A DNA stretch of 64,000 nt. Source: Eukaryota sp. TZLM1-RC. Lineage: Eukaryota > Protista > Metamonada: BaSk clade. Shown in pieces: positions 32,082 through 43,188 of this stretch. The first letter of the stretch is position 1, and every line of letters begins with the position of its first letter. The stretch is taken from positions 1,240,001 to 1,304,000 of the forward strand of contig JAUPSS010000003.1 of the NCBI GenBank assembly GCA_040285825.1. Reading direction: 5' to 3'. Position numbers and translations under genes: made by a program. Under the pieces are notes generated by a model, which saw nothing but the letters and a program-made list of their open reading frames with translations, did no database searches and was not told where the DNA came from.

Positions 32082-34181
32082 ATGGACCTCAAGGACCTTC
32101 TACAGTCCTACAGGTCTGAATTTGGGGACTCTCTGGAAACACCTGCAGATACTATAGGTGTTGTTCTTCCTTCTGATTCACCTGTCTGCAAACCGCTGTC
32201 TTCTACATCTCTTGCTCTTTTCGATCCTCTTTCATCGTCAGAACCACGTGTATTTAATTTCTCGAATGTTTGTTCACCTGGACAGTATGTGGACACTATT
32301 AAACCTCTAGTAGCACAGTCCTTATCCATTCCTTCGTCTCTTTTCTTCTTCTTTGGTCCATCTCTTACTTTTCTATTCACTGAAGGTTTTCTATCTTCAC
32401 TTCTTTCTTTATTCCATGGTCATAACTTCTTTGCTTCTCTCTCAACTCTTGATAACACCCAGTTTTACTCCTTGGATGGTTCTCTTGGTCCATCTCCTTG
32501 GCAGAAGCTTGAGGAAATTGAAATTGGTCCACTAAATGACCAAGCATTAGAACGCCATGTATTGATCCAGTTAAAAAGCTATTGTTTTGAAATTTCCTTT
32601 GTTATTTTTTGTTCTCCTGAGAGTGTCCGTCACTTGTCAACGGTCAAATCAAGTCAATTAAAGTCTTGGATTGCCAACGATCAAGTTGACTTTTCAAGAC
32701 TGTTAACTAGTTTTATCACGAATGAGTGGGGTAGTACGAATTCGTTCAACAATCATCCTTTATTTTCTTTATTATTTAAATCAATTATTAATTCAAAATG
32801 TGTTTTTTCTTTCTTTATCCCTACATCAGGGAATGATTTCTCTGACTCTCTCCATTTACTAAAACTGTCTTCAATGGCATCGCGGTTAAGGACTATCGTA
32901 ATGGAAACGGAAAGCGATGAAGGAAAGGAAAAGACTTTTTCGGAAATTCATCGACTTGATCAATCTGATTGCTCCAGTGTTTCTGTCAGTTGTAGCGAAG
33001 GTAGTTGCAGAATATCGTTGGGATCACCTGAAAAGAGCTCAACTGCCGACCCTGACATCCAAGCGACAAGTGTCAGCTCACAGCAATTAGAAAAGAGCTC
33101 AACTGCCGACCCTGACATCCAAGCGACAAGTGTCAGCTCACAGCAATTAGAAAAGAGCTCAACTGCCGACCCTGACATCCAAGCGACAATTGTCAGCTCA
33201 CAGCAATTAGAAAAGAGCTCAACTGCCGACCCTGACATCCAAGTGGCAAGTGTCAGCTCACTCGCTGACGTTCCCATTTCCGAGTTTGCTACTCCTGCTC
33301 CAGAAAATGTTTTACTAGAAAGACTGTCAATTGCCCAACAATTAATATTAAGTCAAGAATCAACTATTGGACAACTACAAATAACAAATGAAGAAACTTT
33401 TTTGACTCTTTCGACCGCTCTAGAAGACTCAAAAAGAATTATTCTTGATTTGGAAGAACGAATTAGACTGGTTGCCGCTAAGAATGAAGTTGATGACGTG
33501 ATTGATTACTATGAAAACGTGATTGAGGGGTTAAATTCCAGGCTTGAGCAGCTGATGGTTCTCAACAATGCAGACGAAGGAAAATCTACCAGTCAAAAGT
33601 ATAACAACCAGGCGTTAATCATTCAAGATCTCAAGAAGGAGCGCGAAGTGTTGTTGTTGGAGTTGAAAAAGTTGAGAGAAGAATCAGCCAAGAACCAATC
33701 CTATTTGTTGAGGAATCAGTTAAAAGATTGCAGAAAATCCCTGAGTAGTGAAAAGCAGAGTCATTTAAAGACTAAGCAACAGTTGGAGTCTTTAAAGAAG
33801 GAAATTGTGGAGTTGAGACAAATAACATCAGAAAAATCACGTGAAGAGGTCAGAAAAGCGACGACTAACACGTCAGCACTGAAGACTTTGGCTGAAAAAT
33901 TGGTTGAATCAGAATCAGAAAGCAAGGAAATAGAATTTGCCACTCAAATTGCCAGTCTTGTCTCCAAAACCAAACCTCAAAGATCAAAGTCAAGACCCCC
34001 TTCTAGGCCAAGATATTCAGAAGTTCTAGATAGGTCATTTGTTAAAGCAAAGCTTAGTAATCGAAAGGATCCCGTTGAGTCTTTTTTAGAACATGTTAAG
34101 GAGCTTTCTGTCAGTGAGTCTAGGAAAGTCTTGGCGAAGATTCAAGACTTTATAATGGATAATATGTCAGAGTTTTTCTAG
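32082..34181 (+). CDS. Coiled-coil protein with degenerate kinesin-motor-like N-terminus
   Basis: 699 aa; RVFNFSNVCSPGQ, FFFFGPS, RHVLIQL, HPLFSLL, DSLHLLKLSSMASRLR lie in kinesin motif order but lack GxxxxGKT/SSRSH/DLAGSE; long heptad region follows. Confidence 0.65.
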   Translation: MDLKDLLQSYRSEFGDSLETPADTIGVVLPSDSPVCKPLSSTSLALFDPLSSSEPRVFNFSNVCSPGQYVDTIKPLVAQSLSIPSSLFFFFGPSLTFLFTEGFLSSLLSLFHGHNFFASLSTLDNTQFYSLDGSLGPSPWQKLEEIEIGPLNDQALERHVLIQLKSYCFEISFVIFCSPESVRHLSTVKSSQLKSWIANDQVDFSRLLTSFITNEWGSTNSFNNHPLFSLLFKSIINSKCVFSFFIPTSGNDFSDSLHLLKLSSMASRLRTIVMETESDEGKEKTFSEIHRLDQSDCSSVSVSCSEGSCRISLGSPEKSSTADPDIQATSVSSQQLEKSSTADPDIQATSVSSQQLEKSSTADPDIQATIVSSQQLEKSSTADPDIQVASVSSLADVPISEFATPAPENVLLERLSIAQQLILSQESTIGQLQITNEETFLTLSTALEDSKRIILDLEERIRLVAAKNEVDDVIDYYENVIEGLNSRLEQLMVLNNADEGKSTSQKYNNQALIIQDLKKEREVLLLELKKLREESAKNQSYLLRNQLKDCRKSLSSEKQSHLKTKQQLESLKKEIVELRQITSEKSREEVRKATTNTSALKTLAEKLVESESESKEIEFATQIASLVSKTKPQRSKSRPPSRPRYSEVLDRSFVKAKLSNRKDPVESFLEHVKELSVSESRKVLAKIQDFIMDNMSEFF
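33030..33260 (+). repeat. In-frame 60-bp tandem repeat, about 3.85 copies
   Basis: Encodes EKSSTADPDIQATSVSSQQL; copies nearly identical. Confidence 0.97.
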
Positions 34182-34411
34182 GTGTATTATTATTTTTTAT
34201 AACTTGATATTACTGTTTTTATTTATCTCAGGATTGTTTTAATTTATTAATTCTTTTATTATTTTCATTTTGTACATTAATCATCCAAGTTTTGGTTATT
34301 CTCTAATTTCAATCTTATTTTATCGCCATCTGTACAATAAATCTAACTCCATATAAATTAATATTTAATGAAAACCAAATCACATAAAGACTATAAAATA
34401 CTAAGGCTACA

Positions 34412-35854
34412 CTACATGAACATTGAAAAATTATTACAGTAGTACAAACTAGGAAGAGCATTTGGAGGTTGTGGAGACTCGGAGAATTGATGAAAAGTTA
34501 AATCACCATTAAAATCATAAAATCCCAAGGCTGCTCTGTTGTTCAAGTTGACATAGTTTGGTGCAGAGAAAATGGTAGAGAGTTTACCCTGGTGAGTAAT
34601 AGCATAACCTTCATTGACCTGCTCATGACCTCGAAGAACAACATCAAGATTGTTAGCGGTAAGAAAAGCTTCTGTAATATCTGGTCCAAATGAATAACCA
34701 CTGCCCCTTTTACTTGGATTAACTCCATTTGAAGCACAAGGATCCGACCAAAGTAGAGAAGACATCAGATCATCTGAAGAGTCTACACCAGGGTCTCTAA
34801 ATCTATTAATTGAATTGATATCTGTCAAAGTAACATTAGGCTTTACTGGGATTCCACCATGAACACAGAATGCAGAATTATTGATAACACAGGCCAGAGG
34901 AAGCGCCCTAAATACTCTTAAAAAGTCACCATACAGGCTTGAGCAAAGTTTCTTGCTAACTTCTTCTTTACACCCATAGATACTCGTCAAGTTCATAGTT
35001 TCATGGTTGCCTCTCAACAAAACCACATGTTCCGGGCAAGCAATCTTTAGTAACAAGCAACTCATCAAAACTTCTACTGAATAACTACCTCTATCCACAT
35101 AATCCCCGAGAAAAACAAAGGGAGTCTTGTCGGAAGGAGAGAAATCATTCAAAATAGTGAGGAGGTCGAATATTTGACCGTGAACGTCACCAATCACGAC
35201 GGCCTTGCTTCCTTCCGTAAGAGGCAAGTCTACCACAGTTGATTCTTTTGACAGCAACTCAATACCTTCTTGGAGAATCTCCTTGACCACTCTAGGATGA
35301 GGAACTTTGGTTCTGAAAGTCTTTATTTGTTCAAGTATGTTGGTTAAGGTCCTTTCATTCGCTGCAGGGAGGATGGCTCCTGTATAGTTGTTAGGGATTT
35401 CAGGAAGTTCATTAGTCTTGACCTCCTCATCAATGGAACAAGCGGCAAGCATCTTTTCTCTACGGGCAGTAGCAGCGGCTATCCTGGCCTTGCGTAGTTC
35501 AGCTTTGATTGCTGGGTTGTCGGGAAGGAATTTGACCAGTCTTTCAAAGGCTAGGACAGCGCCGTCGAAGTTCTGAAGGTTGAAGTAGGCCTGAGCAAGA
35601 CGGAAATAAGCTTTGTGAAGAAGACTGGCTTTGGGTCTTAGTTTCAAACATTCAAGAGCATCATCCTTGGCTCCTTGAAAATTCTCAAGCTGAAGGTTGG
35701 CAGCAGCACTGTTGGCATAGCAGATTGTTAGCAGTTCTGGTTCAACGTCAGAAGCATTTATAACCTTAGAGTACTCCTCAATAGCATTAGCGAAATCCTT
35801 CTGCTGAAAGAACTTATTACCTGCTTCTTTATAGTCGGTATGTGTGACTGTCAT
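34412..35854 (-). CDS. PPP5C: Ser/Thr protein phosphatase 5 (TPR + PPP domain)
   Basis: 3 TPRs, then GDVHG, GDYVDRG, RGNHE, HGG, RGHE, SAPNY. Confidence 0.93.
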   Translation of the reverse strand: MTVTHTDYKEAGNKFFQQKDFANAIEEYSKVINASDVEPELLTICYANSAAANLQLENFQGAKDDALECLKLRPKASLLHKAYFRLAQAYFNLQNFDGAVLAFERLVKFLPDNPAIKAELRKARIAAATARREKMLAACSIDEEVKTNELPEIPNNYTGAILPAANERTLTNILEQIKTFRTKVPHPRVVKEILQEGIELLSKESTVVDLPLTEGSKAVVIGDVHGQIFDLLTILNDFSPSDKTPFVFLGDYVDRGSYSVEVLMSCLLLKIACPEHVVLLRGNHETMNLTSIYGCKEEVSKKLCSSLYGDFLRVFRALPLACVINNSAFCVHGGIPVKPNVTLTDINSINRFRDPGVDSSDDLMSSLLWSDPCASNGVNPSKRGSGYSFGPDITEAFLTANNLDVVLRGHEQVNEGYAITHQGKLSTIFSAPNYVNLNNRAALGFYDFNGDLTFHQFSESPQPPNALPSLYYCNNFSMFM

Positions 35855-36269
35855 GAAAACTGTATGGATAGTTGGACAATGAGAGATGTGTGTGAGAAAA
35901 ATATTGGAAATTTTGAGTTCAACACAATCCCACTAATTTGATGTTAAGCAAATTATTGAAAGTAGCGTGTATTTAGTGGTTAGTGGTTATTATTATTGGC
36001 AATTTATTATTGTCTCCTCTACTTTTATCAAGAATACTTTTGGAAGGAAAAATATTGGTTGTAAATCTCTTCCTGTGAACAAAACCTATTAAAGTATGCT
36101 TTCAAAATAATCGTTGCTTAAATCTGCAGGGTAGACAACAGTTAGACTACCCTGTAACAATTCAATATGTAGATTTGATGAACAGTGAACTTACTTCTTT
36201 GTCCACAAGAGAAGAAGCAAAACAATGTCTAATGATAGTACAATTGGTGCAATTGGAACAAAATATTAA

Positions 36270-37494
36270 GAGACTGACTAAATCCAAAACTAGTTACAAA
36301 ATTGACTAGATACAAAATCAATCTCGCTGCACTGTTTCCACTTCTGTTTACCAACACATGACGTCACATCCCTCACTGTTAGAAACAACTCCTGCACTCC
36401 TACTCTCCTCCACCTGTCGTGATTCCCTTATCAATGCTATTAAAGTGTGGGGTTTCCGAGAAGGCTTCGTCCTCTACATCTCTGCCTCTACTAGTGATAT
36501 CTTCACTTACCTCCATTGTACCCAAGGTCAGTTTTCTAGTGAAGTTGATTCGGTCCTTGATGAAATCTCAACAGAAACTCATGATGTTGTAGACTGTTCT
36601 AGGTCAATAAAGCAAGATTGTACGTTCAGAGTTTATTTATCAATGGAAAACAGCATTTGGAAGGTCAAAAGTAGTGACGGAACACATAACCATCCGAAAC
36701 TCCCTAACCTATCAGGATATTCTGGATATCGGCTCTGGTGGGCCCAGCAACATATGGAGGAATTACACTCATATTTTGTTGCTGAAATGACACCAAAGAA
36801 GATTCTTAATCTTTTAAGTGCAAAGTATCCAAAAATTGAAGAAGATACATTGTCTCATTGTCCACTCACCAAAAAAGATATTGGCAATAGGAAAACTGAA
36901 TGGAAGAGAAAACGTAATGAAGGACTTAGTAGTCTTAGTTGGTTAATATCACAATTACAGGATCAACATGAATGGCTTTACAACATTGCATACGATGGCA
37001 ATGGTAGCATAAGAAATTTATTCATAAGTCCATTGGCACCTGTTTCCTCTTATGGAAGAATTAGAACCTGGCAATGTTGAAGTTGCCGAAAATCCCGAGC
37101 AACAGAATGTTGAGGAACAATCACAACAGCAGTCAGAATATGATGTGGTGTTGAATGAACTGCATATGCTTTCAGAAACCAGCAAGGTGATGATTCTCCC
37201 AAAGCTCAAAGAACTTCTAGATATTGGCTTGAAAGGTCCACAACCACCTGTTGTTGCAACAAAGCGCACCAGAGGTAGACCACCAGGATCAAAGAATAAA
37301 CAAATTAGACAAAGGAGAGACCCATCGTTGTTTGAGCATGTAAGAGAGACAGTCATCAGTAGTCAACAATAAAATGGTGTTTATTATCCAGTATCAAGAA
37401 CATTTGGATTTGACTGAAGTCATCAAAGAACAAGTGAGGAGATTGATTTTGTAACTAGTCAATTTTGTAACTAGTTTTGGATTTAGTCAGTCTC
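36270..37494 (+). mobile_element. Internally deleted Mutator-like (MULE) DNA transposon
   Basis: 56-bp TIRs at 36270-36325 and 37439-37494 (1 mismatch); 8-bp TSD AATATTAA; FAR1/WRKY-like C.F...W.V...HNH domain and C-terminal RGRP...RRDPS.FE, with the DDE core missing. Confidence 0.93.
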
Positions 37495-37619
37495 AATATT
37501 AAAATATCCAAAATTAACCTCATTAATTTCAACTTCATGACTTAGCGAGTTGCTCAGTTCTCCGATCTTCATTTCTTTAGTAGTAAGGACTTTCGTGTTG
37601 TAGATGTCTTCACGAAGCA

Positions 37620-38708
37620 CTTACCTTTCTTGGTTAATGAATGAACGTGATGAAATCTTTTATGGTCTTATAGCACCATTTACTTGTCAACCTGAGACTT
37701 TAGTCACAGATGAAAGTCTAGTTAACACTATATTTCCAGTTGATGTACATTTTCTTGCAGCCGCTGTTGACGCAGATCCTCAGATATTTTTAAAACCAGC
37801 AATTACGATTGCTCAGTTCATTGCCAGTAGAGAGGGGAAACCTTATCACGTTATGCCTGTATCAACAAACGTAGGCCCTGGATATTTTCCAATTGACACA
37901 AGAACAACATGGACAATTACCAAAAAACATTGTTGGATGATTTGTTGCCTGATCAGAGATTGAAATCCGTCAATACACAAGCCCAAGTTCATAGACTCAA
38001 ACCACCTGAGCAGTTTGACTTTTGGTCTAATGTTATCGATTTAAACCAAGCAATGTTCAAACAAAAGATCTATAAATTCAACAGTATTATCCACAGCAAT
38101 TTGTTCGTGGGGTTTTGCAAGGTCAGAAATGTAAGCCCGACATCTCTTATTGTTATATTGATATTGTTATTGTTGATATTTTTCAAGACAAACGAATTGT
38201 TTTTTGTGATCCTGGAAAACGTGATTTATTGTATTATGGGAGTAAAAACGGATCAAGAATTAGCCATGGTTCCTGACCATGAAACTGAACAGAAAAATAT
38301 AGTCGGGTGATGACTAAAGGTTGAGAATGACTCAGATGTTCTGGTCTTTGAAAGTTAGGATTAATGAACAACAAAAACGATGAGTGACAAAGTATACTGA
38401 GGTAGATAACGACAGGAACCAAATAATAGAGTCTAATGAAATGACAATTGAAAGTGCAAACACCGAATTATCAGCATTTGCTGCCAATTCAGCAACTTTT
38501 ATAGATTTTTCCAACTTTGTGGTTGCCTATTTTCGGCAAGTTTTTTTGAAAATTGACTTTTATAGTCTTGACTTGTTGAAGCATTCATAAAATGCAAGCT
38601 TTTATTCACAACCAAAAGGCTGAAATTTGGTTGCTGAAAAATTTTGTTCAGCAGTTTGCCAATCAAAAAGACATTTTAATACTAATTAATACTAATGGGT
38701 GATTGTGG
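37620..38708 (+). pseudogene. Fanzor1 family 1 copy B, 5' segment
   Basis: GPGYFPIDTRT; RuvC-I IVFCDPGKRDLLY at about 38195-38235; ends at MGDCG where the Gypsy element inserted. Confidence 0.85.
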
Positions 38709-39033
38709 TGTTGCCGTTGGTCATTATGCTAGCTGGATGTAAAGAGAGTTAAGATAAAGTTAATTTTATTAAATGTCATTCTATATAAAGGTACTCACTA
38801 GTGAGATACCTACACTACCTTCTCCCGTTTCGTTAATTAAAATTACTTACTATTGTTGTTCCGCTTCCTTTGCGGATATCGCTTTTGTCGAGGCACGGGG
38901 AGAGCCTGAGACGAGCTATTGGATATATTAGCTTTGCGTTTTCTTTTATTTGGCTTACTAATAAATCGCTTATACGCTTCTGAATATCTGATCGAATGGA
39001 GTGGTTCCTCGGTAGTTTCTCCACCAAACCATT

Positions 39034-40933
39034 TCACAGTACAGAAGGGTCCCTGAGATGTATTATATTCCTCAAGGATTTCTTCGATGACATGTTACCT
39101 GAATCGGTGGCTGCGATTGCCCTGAGTAAATCAACATCGTTAGGATCGTCAGCGTTGTATATTTTGCAGTCCCTCTTTGATACCTTTGTCTCATCACCAG
39201 TCGTCAGGTTCTTAACTGTCAATGTGGAATTGGATGGGATTTCTATAATTAAAAATGGGCCTAACCAAGATCCATGCAATTTGCTGTTTTGCTTAGCTTT
39301 TCGAAGAATATAGTCACCAATATTAAATGTGGTTTCTGTATTATTATTAATATTATTCTGACTGGGTTTGTTTAATAATTGGTGGTTCTCTGCTTCCTCC
39401 CATTTCTTTTGGAGACGATCAGTTTTAAGTTTGAGGTCTTGTAAAAGTGGGACATTGGATTCAAAATTGAATATGCCGCCAAGGATGTTAGCAGGGTCTG
39501 ATCTAGGGCTGATAAATGACCCGAAAATCAATTCATAGGGGGTGTGGTTTGTGATTCTGCTTTTGGTTGAGTTAGTTAATAACTGTGTAATTGGGACATA
39601 TGTGGACCAAGCATCATAGTCGTTGTAATCTATTAATAATCTTCTTATACATTGAATTACATCCCTATGTTTCCTTTCTACCAATCCATTGCTTTCAGAG
39701 TGATATGGAATTGAATTTGTGACTTCAATTGACATTCTCTGGCATAGCAATTTGAATGTTTCATTGGCGAACTCTGGGCCATTATCACTATGTATAGCCA
39801 TAGGTATGCCGAATATTGCACAGATATTCCAAATTAATGCATCTGCCACTTCTAAAGCATTGAGTTCTTTCAGTGGCACTAGTATTGTATATCTAGTGAA
39901 ACTGTCGACGAAAACTAATAAGTATTTATTATCATTATTATCTTTATTCAGAGGTCCAATTGTGTCTACATTTAGTTTAGCAAATGGACGATTTGCCCAC
40001 AGTGAGCCCGTTGAGGGAGTCTTTGATTGTTTTATGGGGGCTGTTTTCTGACAAATAGGACATTTTTCGATGTGTTTGATGAGGTCTTTTCTCATGTTTG
40101 GCCAGTAAAAAATCACTTTTGGAAAGCTTGTGAAGACTTTCGTTTTTGCTTGGCTGGCCTGATTGTGTTAATCCGTGTATTAGATTGAGTGCTGTTTTTC
40201 TTAGTTTGGTCGGTATTATCATTTGATTATTATTAAGCCAGATTTCTGTGTTTCTGCAGAGTGTAGCGTTTTTGAATAATGGATCATTATTGCTAATGGC
40301 TAGTTGTTGCTCTGATCTAACTTTGGATAACCAATTTGAAAAGATTGGTAAATCTGGGTGTCTTGATAATTCGAGAATGTGGATTGGTTCTGGACTTTCA
40401 TAGTCGGAATCGTCATCTGGGGGTGGAATTTCACCGTGCCAGTAAGGATCGTGTGGGTGACTGATGTGATTTAATTCTGGTATTACTGAATTGTCATCAA
40501 TGTTTCGTGACATCATGTCCGCCCAGTTATTGTCTTCTCCTTTCTCATGTACTATATCAAAATCAAATTCTGATAAAATAGGTAAACATCTTTTGACTAT
40601 TCTGTTCTTTTCTGGAGCTGTGGCGAGGAACGCAATATTTCTATGGTCGGTGAATATGGTTAAGTGTCGAGTGATGAGGAAGCTTTCTAAATGGCTTTCT
40701 GTTAGTATTAATAATATTGCGTATAGTTCCTTTTGTAATGTTGACCAACGTTTTTTAGTATCAGTTAATATTCTACTGTAAAAAGAGATTGGTTTTACTT
40801 TTCTATCTTTTAATGCAGTTCCTATGGCTGCATATGGTTCGACCTCTTGCCAGATAACTCCTCCTACTGCGATGTCTGATGCATCGGTGCTTATCAAAAT
40901 GCGTTTGTCTGGTGATGGTAATTCCAGAGGCAT
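39034..40933 (-). CDS. Gypsy RNase H and integrase segments (two ORFs joined by a frameshift near 40090)
   Basis: TDASD..ELYAI..TDH in 39977-40933; CPICQK and DDE core in 39034-40116. Confidence 0.88.
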
Positions 40934-41190
40934 ATGATTAATGATTAATTCTTTTATTTGTTCTAATAGTTGGTCGTGTTTGGTTTCCCAGTTGACACGG
41001 CGTTGTTTGTGTTATATTAATTCGTTTATGGGTGCAATTAGTTGTGAAATGTTTGGGAGCCGGTCTCTGATGAAATTGACTGAGCCGACTAATGACCGAA
41101 CTTCTTTTATTGTTTTTGGAGCAGGGATGTTAATTAAAGCATCGACTCGTTTTTGACTAATTTTACGTTGTTTATATTGGAAAGTGCTGC

Positions 41191-43188
41191 CTAAAATGTC
41201 AATTGGTTGTTTGTCTGTAACGAATTTACATTTTTCAATCCAATGTTGACTCTTCTATCCCTTGCGCATTGCAGTACCCTTTGAATTCTTTCTAAAAATT
41301 GTTGAAGGGTTGATCCAATTATGATTATGTCATCAATGTATATGAACACTCCGTCTATCTGAAAAATTTCCATAACATTTTGAAAAATTGCTGGGATATT
41401 TTTTAATCCGAAACATGCCCTTTTAAACATAATGGATCTGCCAGGGATAGAGATGGATGTCTTTTCAATATCCTCGTCAGCGACTTTCATCTGCCAAAAA
41501 GCTTTTGGAAGGTCCAAAGTGGCGATGTAGTTGGCTTGACTTAGAAATTCCAAAACATCCGAAATTAATGGTAAGTTAGACTCAACTGGAATAGTAAGAG
41601 CGTTAACACCATCTTTACCGCTGAAATCGCCTGTCAACCTCGGTTTTCGATCATCAGGGTATATTACTAACACAATAGGGGAACTGAATTTATAGTTCGA
41701 TTCAATTGCATAGCCCATTTCGATTAATTCGTCAAAAATTTGGTTAGCTATTTGTAATTTCTTTGGGTTGAGACCCCTTGCTGGTTTATGTACAATAGCG
41801 TTAGGATTATAAAAGGGGATTGACATGGGTGGACAATCGATGCCTTCTTTATTGGGCGTTTCGCTGAATACGTCCTTGTATTGAGCTAATATATCAGACA
41901 AACTCTTATTATACTCACTATCATCTAATTTAATCTCACATCCAGATCTATTTAATTGCTGGGTAAAATCTTCTTCACTGCTGGGAATAGATTCTACATG
42001 ACCGATTTGGTGAGTTTTAATTCTCTTATCAAATTCGGTTTCTGCATTTAGTAAAGTGCGGCGCTCTTCGTCTAGTACAATTACTAAACGGTCAGATGTC
42101 AATAACCCAAGTTGTTGTAACATGTCTACCCCAATTAAAAATTTGTTTGAACCCGGGATTATGGGGAGAGTATGATTTATTGAAACTTGGTTCGCGATGC
42201 TACCAACATTGAACGTCAGAATGCCTTGTGCACTTCCAAGCGAATTGGTCGATACGTTACTAGCAGGGATGAATTTTGTGATGTCGTTTTCATTGATGGA
42301 CATTGAACACAGATTTGCTAGGTCTAGGGAAATGACAGAACAATATGCAGCTGTATCTATCATGCCTTTTATGACTGTACTGTTAATTCTTACCTGAAGT
42401 TCTAAAAACTGAGGCTGCTGGGATCTGTTGTGGTTTATACAAGGAGCAGTGTTACCTGTTCGGTTGCATAAATCTCTTTCTGTATTATTTATTACATTAA
42501 TTTGATTATTTATGTTGCTATTTCCATTGTTCAAGAAAGAGAGTGGATTTAAGAGGGCTGTTTGAGCTGAATTGTCCGATTGAGTAGAAGAACAAATCTG
42601 ATTCAATTCGGGAGCTGTAACATGCGATGATTTGTTTTTGTTATTAAACTTGTTATTAAGGACGTTATATCCACGATATGTATTACCTCTATTACCACGG
42701 CCACCTCGGCCCCTAGTTCCTCTATACAAATTACCACGGCCTCTACTTCGGCCTCTAAAATTGCCTCTACTGCCTCTACTAAAGTTTCCACGGCCTCTAC
42801 CATAGCCAGCGCCTTTTCTTTGATTCATAGGGACCAATGAGCGACTACAGGTTGGGTCCCTACATTCTGTTATAATATGACCTGGGATTTGACAAAAGGT
42901 ACAAAATTTCTGTCCCCCTCTGGTGTGTTTACCTTTTTTCAATTGAGGGAATTGTTGGTCTTCAGGGTCGGTTCTCCTTTTCCTTTCTGACGAATGAAAT
43001 TCTCCTGTTTCTAATTTAGGTTTGTTCGCCTCTTTTCTCAGTAGTTGAATGGTTTCCTTGTTCGGTGCGGCTTGCATCCAAGACAAAAGTTTCTCTCTGG
43101 CCACTTTGGTTAAATCGTTGAACGGGACTAGTTTGTCGTTCCAAAAAGATTGTTTACCGTAAATCTCGAATAATAATAATTTCGGCAT
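41191..43188 (-). CDS. Gypsy gag C-terminus / protease / reverse transcriptase segment
   Basis: CCHC knuckle, RGG tract, DTA protease, LDLPKAFWQ, FGLKN, YIDD. Confidence 0.9.
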   Translation of the reverse strand: MPKLLLFEIYGKQSFWNDKLVPFNDLTKVAREKLLSWMQAAPNKETIQLLRKEANKPKLETGEFHSSERKRRTDPEDQQFPQLKKGKHTRGGQKFCTFCQIPGHIITECRDPTCSRSLVPMNQRKGAGYGRGRGNFSRGSRGNFRGRSRGRGNLYRGTRGRGGRGNRGNTYRGYNVLNNKFNNKNKSSHVTAPELNQICSSTQSDNSAQTALLNPLSFLNNGNSNINNQINVINNTERDLCNRTGNTAPCINHNRSQQPQFLELQVRINSTVIKGMIDTAAYCSVISLDLANLCSMSINENDITKFIPASNVSTNSLGSAQGILTFNVGSIANQVSINHTLPIIPGSNKFLIGVDMLQQLGLLTSDRLVIVLDEERRTLLNAETEFDKRIKTHQIGHVESIPSSEEDFTQQLNRSGCEIKLDDSEYNKSLSDILAQYKDVFSETPNKEGIDCPPMSIPFYNPNAIVHKPARGLNPKKLQIANQIFDELIEMGYAIESNYKFSSPIVLVIYPDDRKPRLTGDFSGKDGVNALTIPVESNLPLISDVLEFLSQANYIATLDLPKAFWQMKVADEDIEKTSISIPGRSIMFKRACFGLKNIPAIFQNVMEIFQIDGVFIYIDDIIIIGSTLQQFLERIQRVLQCARDRRVNIGLKNVNSLQTNNQLTF

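Noticed and set aside
33030-33260. Possible CRISPR-like array
   Set aside because: Contiguous in-frame 60-bp repeats with no unique spacers; eukaryotic context
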